Shown: in pieces, positions 17,756 through 27,932 of the stretch
How positions within the stretch are numbered: position 1 is the stretch's first letter
Layout: each line of letters starts with the position of its first letter
Source of the DNA: Thermodesulfobacteriota bacterium
GTDB lineage: Bacteria; Desulfobacterota; Desulfarculia; JACQYL01
Direction: 5' to 3'
DNA length: 64,000 nucleotides
Assembly: GCA_963675595.2 (NCBI GenBank)
Contig: CAXXLZ010000002.1
Span: 2,368,001 to 2,432,000, forward strand
The notes under the pieces: generated by a model
The model's input: the letters and a program-made list of their open reading frames with translations, nothing else
Told to the model about the DNA's origin: nothing
Database searches by the model: none
Program-made: the position numbers and the translations under genes

Positions 17756-19126
17756 ATGAACGAGCAGGAACTGCAGGTTTACTGGAAAGATATCCTGAAC
17801 ACCATGAACGAAGGTTTGATGCTCATCGGGGCGGACGGGACGATTCTATTGGCCAACAAGGCCCTCTCGGACCTGTCCGGGTACTCGGAAGAGGAACTTG
17901 TAGGGTCCAACTGCTCCCTGTTTCATTCGGAAATTTGTGAACATGCGAGACTGGAAGGCGGCGCCAAGTGGTGCACCCTGTTCCAGGAAGGAACCTTCAA
18001 CATGAAACGGTGCCTGATCCTTAGAAAGGACGGCACCTGGGTCCCGGTGCTCAAGAACGCCGCCGTACTCAAGGCACAAGACGGAAAGCTGCTGGGAGCC
18101 GTGGAAACCCTTACCGATATTACGGAAATCCACAAGCGAGACCAGCGTATCGAACAGCTTTCCCGATTGCTCGAAGACACCGGCAGCTTCCACGGGTTGG
18201 TGGGCAGGTCCGCCGCCATGCAACACGTTTATGAAATCGCGGAAAGGGCCGCGCAAAGCGACGCCCCGGTCATTATTTATGGAGAAAGCGGGGTGGGAAA
18301 GGAACTCGTGGCCGAAGTCATCCACGATGTGGGCAAACGGCGGGACGGTCCGTATGTTGCTCTGAATTGCGCCGCCCTTAATGAATCTCTCCTGGAAAGC
18401 GAGTTGTTCGGTCACCGAAAGGGCGCCTTCACGGGTGCCTACCGCCACAACGTGGGGAGATTCGAGGCCGCTCACGGAGGCGACATCTTCCTCGATGAAA
18501 TCGGCGATCTGCCCCTGTCCATGCAGGTGAAGTTGTTGCGGGTCCTGGAATCCAAAGAGTTCGAGCGAGTGGGAGACCACCGGTCCATTTCGGTGGACGT
18601 CCGAATCATCGCCGCCACCAACCGGGACCTCGACAGATTGGTGGCACAAGGCCTGTTCAGGCAGGATTTCTATTTCAGGATCAACGTCATCCCAATCCAC
18701 GTTCCGCCGCTGCGGGAACGCATGGAGGACGTTCCCCTGTTGGTCCGCCATTTCATCGAAAAACTGGTGGAAAGAACGGGCAAGCGAATCCATGGAATCG
18801 CATCCGAAACCATGGACCTGTTCATGCGTCACTCGTGGCCCGGCAACGTCCGGGAACTCAAAAGCGCGTTGGAATACGCCTTTGTCATCGCGGACGAAGG
18901 GCACGTGGAACCTCGCCACCTGCCCGCCTCGATATTAGGAAAGGACATGATTCGGCAACAGATCGTACCGGACACGGAAGGAGAGGAGAAAAAGGCGCTT
19001 CTCGAGGCTCTGGACAAGGCCGGAGGCAATCAGACCAAAGCCGCCGAGATATTGGGAGTCTGTCGAACAACCGTATGGAACCGGATGCGAAAATACGGAA
19101 TTCAGATCAACAAAGGACTGAACTGA
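17756..19126 (+). CDS. sigma54-dependent activator, Cys-rich PAS-AAA+-Fis HTH (paralog of 4703-6085)
   Basis: GESGVGKE, GAFTGA, WPGNVREL, GGNQTKAAEILG HTH. Confidence 0.95.
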   Translation: MNEQELQVYWKDILNTMNEGLMLIGADGTILLANKALSDLSGYSEEELVGSNCSLFHSEICEHARLEGGAKWCTLFQEGTFNMKRCLILRKDGTWVPVLKNAAVLKAQDGKLLGAVETLTDITEIHKRDQRIEQLSRLLEDTGSFHGLVGRSAAMQHVYEIAERAAQSDAPVIIYGESGVGKELVAEVIHDVGKRRDGPYVALNCAALNESLLESELFGHRKGAFTGAYRHNVGRFEAAHGGDIFLDEIGDLPLSMQVKLLRVLESKEFERVGDHRSISVDVRIIAATNRDLDRLVAQGLFRQDFYFRINVIPIHVPPLRERMEDVPLLVRHFIEKLVERTGKRIHGIASETMDLFMRHSWPGNVRELKSALEYAFVIADEGHVEPRHLPASILGKDMIRQQIVPDTEGEEKKALLEALDKAGGNQTKAAEILGVCRTTVWNRMRKYGIQINKGLN

Positions 19127-19253
19127 TCATCGAAGCCCGTCACTTGGGCAGCCCACCCCGTTTTGCCCAACAAAGTCAAAAGGACCCGCCGTAAACGGTG
19201 GGCGCGTCCATTGGCGTCGCGCCCTCCCCAATAAAGGCCTCGTACGTTGGACT

Positions 19254-19592
19254 CTATCCCAAGGCCAGAACGATCCAACCCAGAATCACGACCACCAGCC
19301 AGGAACCCGCCAAGCCCCACAGAAACCGGCTCCAGGAAACGCCACACAGCCTCTTTGCCGATTGGACCACCCAGGTCCAGTTCAACCACAAGTGTACGAC
19401 CAGCAGGCTCAGGAACAACAAAGCCAATACCAGGTGCAGATCGCCCCAGGCATGCCGGTTCACCCCAAGGAATCCGCCGCCGCCCCTTCCCCCGGGAATA
19501 ACCAGAGCCAGCAACAGCCCCAAACCCGCCGTTGAGGAAAGGGCGACAAAAAGCAACGCATCCAACAGAACTTTCCAATCGTTCTTCTTCAC
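19254..19592 (-). CDS. DUF4405-like small membrane protein
   Basis: WGDLHL..LLVVHLWLNWTWV pattern; three TM; likely GTG start 19592. Confidence 0.7.
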   Translation of the reverse strand: MKKNDWKVLLDALLFVALSSTAGLGLLLALVIPGGRGGGGFLGVNRHAWGDLHLVLALLFLSLLVVHLWLNWTWVVQSAKRLCGVSWSRFLWGLAGSWLVVVILGWIVLALG

Positions 19593-19605
19593 GATTCTCT
19601 CCGAA

Positions 19606-20115
19606 TCAGCTGGAAGGAGGCACCCAATCGAAACGCTGCTCATGAATGGTGCCGCCCCACTGTTCTAATTCATGCTCCACGGTCATATGGAAGCCGTGCC
19701 TCTCATACAGGCGTTTGGCTGCGTCCAGGCCGCGGAAGGTCCAAAGGAAGGCACGAGGCACGTTGGTCTGCCGAGCAAAGACCACCGCCCGATCGATGAG
19801 CCGCGCCCCCACTCCGAGCCCGTGGAATTCGGGGGCCACGATGAACCATCGCAATCTGGCGCCGGCCGTGGAGGCCTCCTTTGCGTCCAAAACCACGGAG
19901 CCGGCAAAGGTTTCGCCGTGCCAAGCGGTCCATAGGCCGTCGCGTTCATCGACGAACCTTCCCATGAACTCCCCCAACTCCCTGGCCACCTGTGACTCGA
20001 AAGAAACGTCGAAGCCCCAGTTTTTGTGGTAATATTCAGCGTGCAACCCGATGATCTTTCCCAAAACACCGGGGGCATATCCACGAATAGCGATTTCTTT
20101 CACATCAACGGACAT
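19606..20115 (-). CDS. GNAT family N-acetyltransferase
   Basis: LRWFIVAPEFHGLGVGARL acetyl-CoA motif; LWTF..LDAAKRLYERHGF. Confidence 0.9.
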   Translation of the reverse strand: MSVDVKEIAIRGYAPGVLGKIIGLHAEYYHKNWGFDVSFESQVARELGEFMGRFVDERDGLWTAWHGETFAGSVVLDAKEASTAGARLRWFIVAPEFHGLGVGARLIDRAVVFARQTNVPRAFLWTFRGLDAAKRLYERHGFHMTVEHELEQWGGTIHEQRFDWVPPSS

Positions 20116-20185
20116 CCCGCTCCTTTCGAAGGGGCCGCGCGTTTACTTCGCCGACCCCGGACCGTTTCCTCTCTGCGGAGGGTTT

Positions 20186-20527
20186 ATGGGAGCCGCGGCA
20201 GGACGATTGTATCACCCCGACACGGGTACCTGGAAAACGATCCATCGAGGATTCTCCTGGCCGTGCCTTTTCCTGGGACCGTTCTGGTATGCGTCCAACG
20301 GTATGGGTGTCTGGACCCTGCGAGCCGTTCTGCTTTGCCCGGTGACCTTGGGCGTTTCGTGGCTGGTACTCCCCTTCTTCGCCAATCGGCAACGTATCGT
20401 TCACCTGTTGACATCGGGTTTTCTGCCGGACGAGGAGGCACACCGGTTTCTTTCCCTACATCACCTCATCACGCGATTCTGCCCCGTGGTTCACGGAGAA
20501 AACGACATTCGGCATCCTTCCGCCTGA
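20186..20527 (+). CDS. Hypothetical small membrane protein (DUF2628-like)
   Basis: GFSWPCLFLGPFWY...PFFAN...L..GF pattern with hydrophobic segments. Confidence 0.5.
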   Translation: MGAAAGRLYHPDTGTWKTIHRGFSWPCLFLGPFWYASNGMGVWTLRAVLLCPVTLGVSWLVLPFFANRQRIVHLLTSGFLPDEEAHRFLSLHHLITRFCPVVHGENDIRHPSA

Positions 20528-20598
20528 ACCCCCTGTAAAACACTTCGTGTGGCTGTAACTTGCGAAACACCAAAGGAAAGTGTGCAGTCTCCCGCCCA

Positions 20599-22821
20599 TC
20601 AGACGCCGCGGACAACATCACTTTCGGGAAACATGCGCCGGACGGCTCCGAGTTCGCGTTTCGCCTCGGCCAGTCGGGTTTTCAGGTGAGAATACCTTTT
20701 GCGGGTCCTATCGTTGTGAATCGCCATCTCCAAAGCTTTCTTCTGCCCCAGAAGAATCACGAGACGCTTGCCCCGGGTGATCGCGGTGTATACCAGATTT
20801 CTCTGCAGCAGGAGATAATGCTGAACCATCAAAGGGATGATGACCACCGGATACTCGCTGCCCTGGGACTTGTGTACGCTGGTGGCATAAGCCAGGGTAA
20901 TTTCGTCCAGATCCGAGAAATCGTAGGGCAGCACCCGGCCCTCGAATTCCACCAGTACGTTCCGATCCTCCCTGTCCACCGTAACGATCCGACCGATATC
21001 TCCGTTGTAGACTTCCTTATCGTAGTTGTTCCGGAGTTGCATGACCTTGTCACCCTTCCGAAACCCCGTGTCCCCTCGCTGTAGTTCAATGGGGCCCGGG
21101 TTGAGCACTTCCTGCAGCCTCAGGTTCAGGTTCGTCACACCCACAACACCCCGGTTCATGGGTGTCAGCACTTGGACCTGTTCCACGGGATCAAACCCGA
21201 AACGATTTTTAATCCGTTCCGTACAAAGCTCAACGATGGTTTCCAGCAGCTTCTCTTCTTGAGGGCGTTCGAAGAAATAGAAATCCGGCTCCCGGTCATG
21301 AACGTCCGTATGGAGCAAGGGCCACTTGCCCGCATTGATCCTGTGGGCGTTTACCACGATCATGCTTTCTTCGGCTTGTCGAAAAACCTGATCCAAACGA
21401 ATGACGGGCACGGTTTCCGAATCAATGATGTCCTTGAGCACCGTGCCGGGTCCGACCGAAGGCAACTGATCCACGTCCCCGACCAACACCAGCCGAGCAT
21501 CCTGAGGGATGGCCCTGAGTAGACTGTTCATCAGGCCCAGGTCCACCATGGAGACCTCGTCCACCACCAATGCGTCCGTTCTCAACGGATTGTCGTCGTT
21601 TTTCTTGAAAGAGCCTTCGTTGGGACTGAACTCCAGGAGGCGATGAATCGTTTTGGCTTCGTGGTCTGAAGATTGGGCCAGGCGTTTGGCGGCCCTCCCC
21701 GTGGGCGCGGCCAGGAGCACCGTCTTTCCCCGACGTTTGAGTATTTCGATCACTGCTCTGACCAAAGTGGTCTTTCCGGTGCCCGGGCCCCCGGTGATCA
21801 CCGTAACTTTGTGCGTCAGGGCCGTCTCCACCGCTTCTTTCTGTTTGGGCGCCAGATCCAGTCCCAGCCGCCGCCTTACCCAAACGGAAAGATCGTCCCA
21901 CCCGGGGATTTCATAGGTGTCCCCGCAAGCGAGCAATTCCAGCAATCCTTTGGCCACACCCTTTTCCGCCGCCTGAAGCCATTTGAGATAGACAAACTCT
22001 TCCGCCTCGCCCTCAAAGGAATCCCTGGCGACCAAGCCTCGATCCATCAGCCCTCGAACGCCCCTCTCGATGGTTTCCCTTTGTATGGACAGCAACTTCT
22101 CACACCGGTCGAGGAGCCGGTCTTGAGGAAAACACACGTGTCCCTGTTCCGCCAAAGCTTGAAGGACATACATGACACCGGCTTCGGCACGGAGTACGGA
22201 GTCCAAATCGAAGCCCAGGCTCCGCGCCAACCGGTCCGCGGTAAGGAAGCCCACACCTTGCAGGTCCATGGCCAGGCGGTACGGATTGTTCCGGATCACG
22301 TCCAGGGAACGTTTTCCGTACTCTTTGAATATTTTGACCGCCAATGCAGGCCCAAAGCCCATTCCTTGGAGGAACACCATGATTTCACGCACTTCTCGAT
22401 GTTCATTCCAAGATACCCGAATCTGTTCGAGACGCTTGGGACCGATTCCTTCGATCTCACGAAGCCGATCCAAGTCCCGGTCCAGGATTTCCAATGTGTC
22501 TTCGCCGAATTTTGAGACGATGCGTTCCGCCGTTCCGGGACCAATTCCCCGGACCAGGCCCGAACCCAAGTATTTCCGAATTCCATCGGATGACACGGGA
22601 AGAACGCTGCGGAATCGCTGGATCTTGATTTGAGGGCCATATTTAGGATGATTGTGCCATTCGCCGACGATTTCCAGGTGTTCTCCGGGGTCCACGCCCA
22701 CCAGGGGACCCACAACGCTGATCAGGCGGCCGTCGTCGAGAGAAACACGCGCCACCGTCCAACCCGAATCCTCGGCCTGGAAAGTAATCTGCTCCAATAT
22801 CCCCTTCAGTGTTACCGGCAT
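20599..22821 (-). CDS. recD2: ATP-dependent RecD2 helicase
   Basis: N-terminal OB/HhH region (GIGP), GGPGTGKTT, APTGRAAKRL, DEVSM, GDVDQLPSVG, HKSQGSE. Confidence 0.95.
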   Translation of the reverse strand: MPVTLKGILEQITFQAEDSGWTVARVSLDDGRLISVVGPLVGVDPGEHLEIVGEWHNHPKYGPQIKIQRFRSVLPVSSDGIRKYLGSGLVRGIGPGTAERIVSKFGEDTLEILDRDLDRLREIEGIGPKRLEQIRVSWNEHREVREIMVFLQGMGFGPALAVKIFKEYGKRSLDVIRNNPYRLAMDLQGVGFLTADRLARSLGFDLDSVLRAEAGVMYVLQALAEQGHVCFPQDRLLDRCEKLLSIQRETIERGVRGLMDRGLVARDSFEGEAEEFVYLKWLQAAEKGVAKGLLELLACGDTYEIPGWDDLSVWVRRRLGLDLAPKQKEAVETALTHKVTVITGGPGTGKTTLVRAVIEILKRRGKTVLLAAPTGRAAKRLAQSSDHEAKTIHRLLEFSPNEGSFKKNDDNPLRTDALVVDEVSMVDLGLMNSLLRAIPQDARLVLVGDVDQLPSVGPGTVLKDIIDSETVPVIRLDQVFRQAEESMIVVNAHRINAGKWPLLHTDVHDREPDFYFFERPQEEKLLETIVELCTERIKNRFGFDPVEQVQVLTPMNRGVVGVTNLNLRLQEVLNPGPIELQRGDTGFRKGDKVMQLRNNYDKEVYNGDIGRIVTVDREDRNVLVEFEGRVLPYDFSDLDEITLAYATSVHKSQGSEYPVVIIPLMVQHYLLLQRNLVYTAITRGKRLVILLGQKKALEMAIHNDRTRKRYSHLKTRLAEAKRELGAVRRMFPESDVVRGV

Positions 22822-23182
22822 GAAAAGCACTATATATAACCCGGGGTCCGGGATACAACGGAATAGTCGCCCGGAGCGACATCAAACGTCGGCACATACG
22901 CGGTCTTTCTTCGGTCGCCGCTTGATATTCGAGGGATAAATCCCTATGGTTGCACAGTTCGGTCATCATTGGCATAGGTTCTTGCGTTTTCGAAATCGGC
23001 TGTGCCCGCAGCTTTCTTCGGGTCTCACGTGACGCGCGTCCTATATGAGGTCCGAACGTTATTATTCGGAGAGTGATCCTTCGGCGCCGTTCGAGGCGGG
23101 ACTCGGTCGGGTCGCAGCTTCGAAGAATCAAAAACGCCGTTCCGCACCATCGACACGCTTAGGAAACCCCGAGGTGGAGCCC

Positions 23183-24037
23183 ATGACTGAAGCAGCCGAC
23201 CGTCGCTCGGCCGAAACCCTCGCCGTCCCTCCCCGTGTGGTGTCCGTTGTCTTCGCAGCCGGCAAGGGAACAAGAATGACCGGGTACGACGGCAACAAGA
23301 CCTTGCTGCCCTTATTACCCACTGATTCGCCTTTCCAGGGGGCGCGCCCCCTCCTTCACGAAGTGCTGTCCAATCTTCCTTCGGGCCCCAAGATTCTTGT
23401 GGTAAATCACCGAAAAGAAGACGTCATTTCAGCCACCGAGGAATTCGAGGTTTCCTGTGCCGAGCAGCCCGTAACCAACGGAACCGGGGGCGCTTTATTG
23501 GCGGCCCGGCCTTTGCTCATGGACGCCGTGGAGTCCGTGGTGCTTATCACCATGGGAGACGTGCCCCTCGTGCGCCGGAAAACCTACGAAGACCTCGTCG
23601 ACATGGCGCGTTACGCGCCTCTGGTGGTATTGGGGTTTCGTCCTTCGGAGCCGGCGCGTTACGGAGCCGTGGAAATGTCGGAAGAACGAGTTCGGCGAAT
23701 TACGGAATGGGCCTACTGGAAGGACTACTCCCCGGAGAAACGAGCCGGGCTCACGATTTTCAATTCCGGTATTTACGCGGCACAGAGAGATGTCCTTCTG
23801 GAAATGCTCCCCAAGCTCGAAAGGAATCCACATGTCGTCCACAAAGAACGGAACGGGCGCGTGGAACCCATCGAGGAGTTTTTCATTACGGATCTGGTGG
23901 AATTGATGGTCGCCGAGGGCATGTCCCCGAATTGTGTGGTCTGCGCCGATGAACGGGAAGTAATGGGCGTGGATACTCCGGAGGCTTTGAGGAGAGTTCA
24001 AGAAATCTACCGAAAACATTGGGCCGACTCCGCTTGA
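23183..24037 (+). CDS. Stand-alone GlmU-N-like nucleotidyltransferase
   Basis: AAGKGTRM, Q..TNGTGGA, MGDVPL, NSGIY, FITDLV, MGVDT; no hexapeptide acetyltransferase domain. Confidence 0.85.
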   Translation: MTEAADRRSAETLAVPPRVVSVVFAAGKGTRMTGYDGNKTLLPLLPTDSPFQGARPLLHEVLSNLPSGPKILVVNHRKEDVISATEEFEVSCAEQPVTNGTGGALLAARPLLMDAVESVVLITMGDVPLVRRKTYEDLVDMARYAPLVVLGFRPSEPARYGAVEMSEERVRRITEWAYWKDYSPEKRAGLTIFNSGIYAAQRDVLLEMLPKLERNPHVVHKERNGRVEPIEEFFITDLVELMVAEGMSPNCVVCADEREVMGVDTPEALRRVQEIYRKHWADSA

Positions 24038-24159
24038 AAAAAGCCCCCTCTCCCGGCTTCCGGTATCCAGACCAATCCCGTCCATCGAATACCGGCGAGA
24101 CCGTGGGAAGCCCGCCCCACTTCATTACCGCACGGTTCGAAACCGGCTTCTCCCTCCGA

Positions 24160-26004
24160 ATGGAAAAAGACGACCTGCATCGAACTCTGACGATTCAACA
24201 TGCCGGGGAGCTTTGCATCGGATTCCTTTCCCGAACGGCGCCCACTGAATTGGAGGGGTTCGAGAAATGCTTCGCCCAGATTGTGGAAAAATCGGACTGG
24301 GAGTACCCCGAGGAATCTCTGGTCCGAAGAAGTTTCGCCGGATATGCCTCCTTTGGATGCGCGAACGCCCCGTGGGGCGTCTTCGAAATCAAAGCGCAAC
24401 CCGACGCGCCCCGTACCATCCGCGGTAAACAATACCAGATTCTCGTGGCCGGCCTTTTCCTGGACTTCCTACGTTCCACGAAAAGGTCCCGATTCGAACA
24501 GGTTAAGGAAGAGTTCGAGGAACTCCTGGACTCGCTGATCAGAGCCTACTACGGATCCACATCCAACATCACCGGAGAAGACCTCAATCTGCTCCGAGAA
24601 GAGCTGAACCGCATCGGCCTGAATTATTTTCAGGTGTCCGGACATGTGAGGGAAGGTCATGTCCGGACCGAGACTCACCTGTCCGAATTCGAGGAACTCG
24701 CTCTCATTTGGGGAAGAGGCCCCATGATGGAAAAACGAATCGAAGAACTTCGGCGTCTCGCCCGGTCCCCCATGCCCATTCTTCTCACCGGAGAGACCGG
24801 TACGGGAAAGACCTTCTTAGCCGGTTTGATCCATAAGCTCAGTCCTCGGGCGGAGCGCCCCTGCTTGACGATCAACTGCGCCGCCATCCCCTCCAATCTG
24901 TTGCAGAGTGAACTATTCGGATATCGACGCGGCGCCTTTACCGGAGCGGTGCACGACAAGATGGGACTCCTCAAGAGCGCTGAAGGCGGGACCGTCTTGC
25001 TGGACGAAATCGGCGACTTGTCCAAGGAGGACCAAGTCAAGCTGCTGCAGGTATTGGAGGAGGGCAGAATATTGCCTTTGGGAAGCCTTAAAGAGACCAA
25101 GGTCGACGTTCGCTTTCTGGCGGGAACCAATCGCCCTTTGGAAGAAGACGTAAGAGAAGGACGATTCCGCAGCGACCTGTACTTCAGGCTCAAAGGAGCC
25201 CATTTTCATTTGCCCCCCTTGCGGGAACGTATGGAAGTCTTCGACGAATTGGTGCTGAGAATACTCCGACGCACGCTTCCGGACGAGAATTCTCCGCCCC
25301 GGCTCGCTTCACCGGAGGCCATGGAACTTCTGCGACTCCATTCATGGCCGGGCAACGTTCGGGAATTGGACAATGTGCTTCGGCGAGCTGCGGCTTTGGC
25401 GACGGGCGGCACCATCCGTCCACAACACTTACCCGACGAATTGTTGCCCGATCGATTCGTTCCTTTCCGGGGAGAATCCACTCGACGCCGGCTGTTGGCG
25501 CTCACATTGGCGGGGCTGGGACTGAACGATCCGTATCTAGGCAATCTCCTCTACGAAACATCGGGCATGAGTTTCACCGTCAATGATCTCTTGGTTCGCC
25601 ATCCGGCACTGGCGGCCGCAGGCGAAACGATCCGCCGTGAAAGCGTCTTGCGTAAGGCCCGGCGTCTCCTCGCGCCCTGCAAAGGTCCGATTCTCGAAGA
25701 GAACGGGCGTAGAGGTCCCGCGGTCCGTCTGCGTCTAAAACCGGCATTTCTGGAGGAGAACGACCGGCGACTGTTCCAAGCCGTGGACTCGGCGGTCCGC
25801 CGGGTGGGAGCTCCCAAACGCACCGCCTTCGCCCTGTACGACGCACTCAAAGCACATGCAGGCGAAGACACGCCCCTGGCGGTTCCCGCCGCGATGGCGG
25901 GACTTCGCCTTGCTGAATTCCTGGGCCTGATTCGTTTGATTGAGGAACAGGGGCAGGCGAAGGTTGAAGGAGACATGGTTCGTATTGAAACAACATCGTG
26001 TTGA
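24160..26004 (+). CDS. Atypical sigma54-dependent activator (unrecognised N- and C-terminal domains)
   Basis: GETGTGKT, NCAAIP..SELFG, GAFTGA, LDEIG, WPGNVREL; start uncertain. Confidence 0.88.
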   Translation: MEKDDLHRTLTIQHAGELCIGFLSRTAPTELEGFEKCFAQIVEKSDWEYPEESLVRRSFAGYASFGCANAPWGVFEIKAQPDAPRTIRGKQYQILVAGLFLDFLRSTKRSRFEQVKEEFEELLDSLIRAYYGSTSNITGEDLNLLREELNRIGLNYFQVSGHVREGHVRTETHLSEFEELALIWGRGPMMEKRIEELRRLARSPMPILLTGETGTGKTFLAGLIHKLSPRAERPCLTINCAAIPSNLLQSELFGYRRGAFTGAVHDKMGLLKSAEGGTVLLDEIGDLSKEDQVKLLQVLEEGRILPLGSLKETKVDVRFLAGTNRPLEEDVREGRFRSDLYFRLKGAHFHLPPLRERMEVFDELVLRILRRTLPDENSPPRLASPEAMELLRLHSWPGNVRELDNVLRRAAALATGGTIRPQHLPDELLPDRFVPFRGESTRRRLLALTLAGLGLNDPYLGNLLYETSGMSFTVNDLLVRHPALAAAGETIRRESVLRKARRLLAPCKGPILEENGRRGPAVRLRLKPAFLEENDRRLFQAVDSAVRRVGAPKRTAFALYDALKAHAGEDTPLAVPAAMAGLRLAEFLGLIRLIEEQGQAKVEGDMVRIETTSC

Positions 26005-26106
26005 AATGATCTTGTTGGGATACTATGAAACAGACGTTCGGAACGTCCAAGCTGCGACGTCGCGCACAAAGATCGTCATCCCCATGGAGGACGAGAAGCC
26101 GGAATC

Positions 26107-27807
26107 ATGAACGGACGTAATATCAGGAACATGGGGGCTCAGACGGGCCGATATCTTTCTTGGATAGGCGCACTGCTGGTCCTTGTTCTGGTACTCCTGC
26201 CGGCCTTGTTTCCGCCGGAAAGACGTCCCTCGCCCGTGGGAAGCGCCCCAAGAGCGGGAGGAGAGCTCAGGATCGACCTTCCCATTCCTCTGGGAGAATT
26301 CGATCTGCACTCTAAGTCGGGTAACGGAGCCTCCTTCGCTCTCCAAATGATGGTCAACATGCTTTGCCGTCTCGGGCCCGACGGTTCACCGCAGCCCGAA
26401 CTCGCCAAGTCCTGGACAATGACCCAACAAGGCCGAAAGTGGGAATTCATTCTCCATTCCCATGTCCGTTTCCACGACGGCACTTTCATGACTCCCAGGG
26501 ACGTCATCTATTCCCTGGAAACTCAATTTCGAAACGTGATTCCCCAGTTTCTGCGCATCGCCCGGTTTCGCGAAGATTCTCATCCGGATCGGGTGCTCGT
26601 GGAACTGGACCACCCGGTTCCCAACTTTCTGTCGTATCTTGCCTACGTCCCCATCTTCCCGTCCGGATCCTTCTCAAATCCACGCTGGTTCTCACATCCT
26701 GTGGGCACCGGTCCCTTTCGATTCCAGAGTCGCGACGGCCGGCGGGTGATCGTCCTCTCCTCCTTTCAGGATTATTTTGAAGGACGTCCCTGGCTCGATC
26801 GGCTGGTGCTGCGCCACCCCGGAGGTGAAGCGGAACTCCCTTGGAGGCTGTTGGAAGAAAAGACGGACTTGGTGCTGGAAATGAACCCCTGCTATGATTC
26901 CCTGCTGAAGACGGCCGATCACCTCCTTCACGTCGAGTCCGGCCCTCAGCATGTTCATTTCGTAATTCTGTTCAACACGAGCAAGCCTCCCCTAAACGAT
27001 GCCCGCATCCGAAACGCCCTGGCCATGGGCATTCAAACAAACGGTTTGAGCCCGAATCTTTTGCCCGACAAACAGAATCCGATGTTCGTTCCCTTGTCGA
27101 ATCAAAGATTCCAGCGCGCCGTGGAACTTCTGTCGGAGGCCGGTTGGAGAGACCACGACGGAGACGGCTACCTGGACAGAAACGGACAACGATTCGAGTT
27201 CTCCATCCTGGTGCCGGAAGAATATGCGCCCGAATACGACACCGTTTTGCGGGTCATGGCCCAGTGGAAACGCTTGGGAATCAGAGCCGACTGGCATGGG
27301 GGAAGCTACGCGAATCACTATGAAACGCGTCTCAATCCGGGCGATTTTCAAGCGACCTTATTCTATTTCCGACTCATGCCCGACGAGCCCGAATTTCTAT
27401 ATAATTTATGGCACCATAGCGGAATATGGAACTTCAGTCGTTATCACGACGAGGAAGCGGATCGCATTATCGAGGCCGCCATGACGGAAAGCGATCCTCA
27501 CCGGCGGCGGGACCTCTATGCCGGACTGAAGAAGGTCCTGGATCGGGACCATCCTTTCATTTACCTGGGGAGCAAACAGGTGAGCTGTTCCCTGTCCAAC
27601 TATTTTCAGGGCATGGAAGAAATTTACGGCCAAGGCCGATTCTCAAGAAGGTTTCACAAAGTCCGCCTGCTGGATGGAGCGCGCCCGGGCTCGCACCAGT
27701 TGACCGCCTACGCCCGGTCGCAGCCCCGAGCATTCTGGCAGACCTGGTTTCATCCGCTGGACCGGGTGGTCCGGACACTCTTTCCCATCGAGGACGATCA
27801 GAAGTAA
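26107..27807 (+). CDS. Family 5 (peptide/nickel) extracytoplasmic solute-binding protein, orphan
   Basis: PELAKSW, VRFHDGT, PVGTGPF, FNTSKPPLND..IRNAL, LLSEAGW.D.DGDG, NFSRY motifs; N-terminal TM anchor. Confidence 0.9.
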   Translation: MNGRNIRNMGAQTGRYLSWIGALLVLVLVLLPALFPPERRPSPVGSAPRAGGELRIDLPIPLGEFDLHSKSGNGASFALQMMVNMLCRLGPDGSPQPELAKSWTMTQQGRKWEFILHSHVRFHDGTFMTPRDVIYSLETQFRNVIPQFLRIARFREDSHPDRVLVELDHPVPNFLSYLAYVPIFPSGSFSNPRWFSHPVGTGPFRFQSRDGRRVIVLSSFQDYFEGRPWLDRLVLRHPGGEAELPWRLLEEKTDLVLEMNPCYDSLLKTADHLLHVESGPQHVHFVILFNTSKPPLNDARIRNALAMGIQTNGLSPNLLPDKQNPMFVPLSNQRFQRAVELLSEAGWRDHDGDGYLDRNGQRFEFSILVPEEYAPEYDTVLRVMAQWKRLGIRADWHGGSYANHYETRLNPGDFQATLFYFRLMPDEPEFLYNLWHHSGIWNFSRYHDEEADRIIEAAMTESDPHRRRDLYAGLKKVLDRDHPFIYLGSKQVSCSLSNYFQGMEEIYGQGRFSRRFHKVRLLDGARPGSHQLTAYARSQPRAFWQTWFHPLDRVVRTLFPIEDDQK

Positions 27808-27932
27808 CCTGCTGAAATCCCGACACTTCCTGCGAAAAAACCACTCCAATTCCCTGCCGAACACCTCTGCACGCTTCTTGCCTCTCCTTGCGACGACGCG
27901 CGTTCAAATCCAACACACAAGGAGAAACCGCA

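Noticed and set aside
22970-22985. sigma54-like TGGCATAGGTTCTTGC
   Set aside because: GG-to-GC spacing is 11 rather than the required 10 nt
27867-27882. sigma54-like site before the precursor gene, as a firm feature
   Set aside because: The -24 element reads TG instead of the near-invariant GG; mentioned only as a possibility
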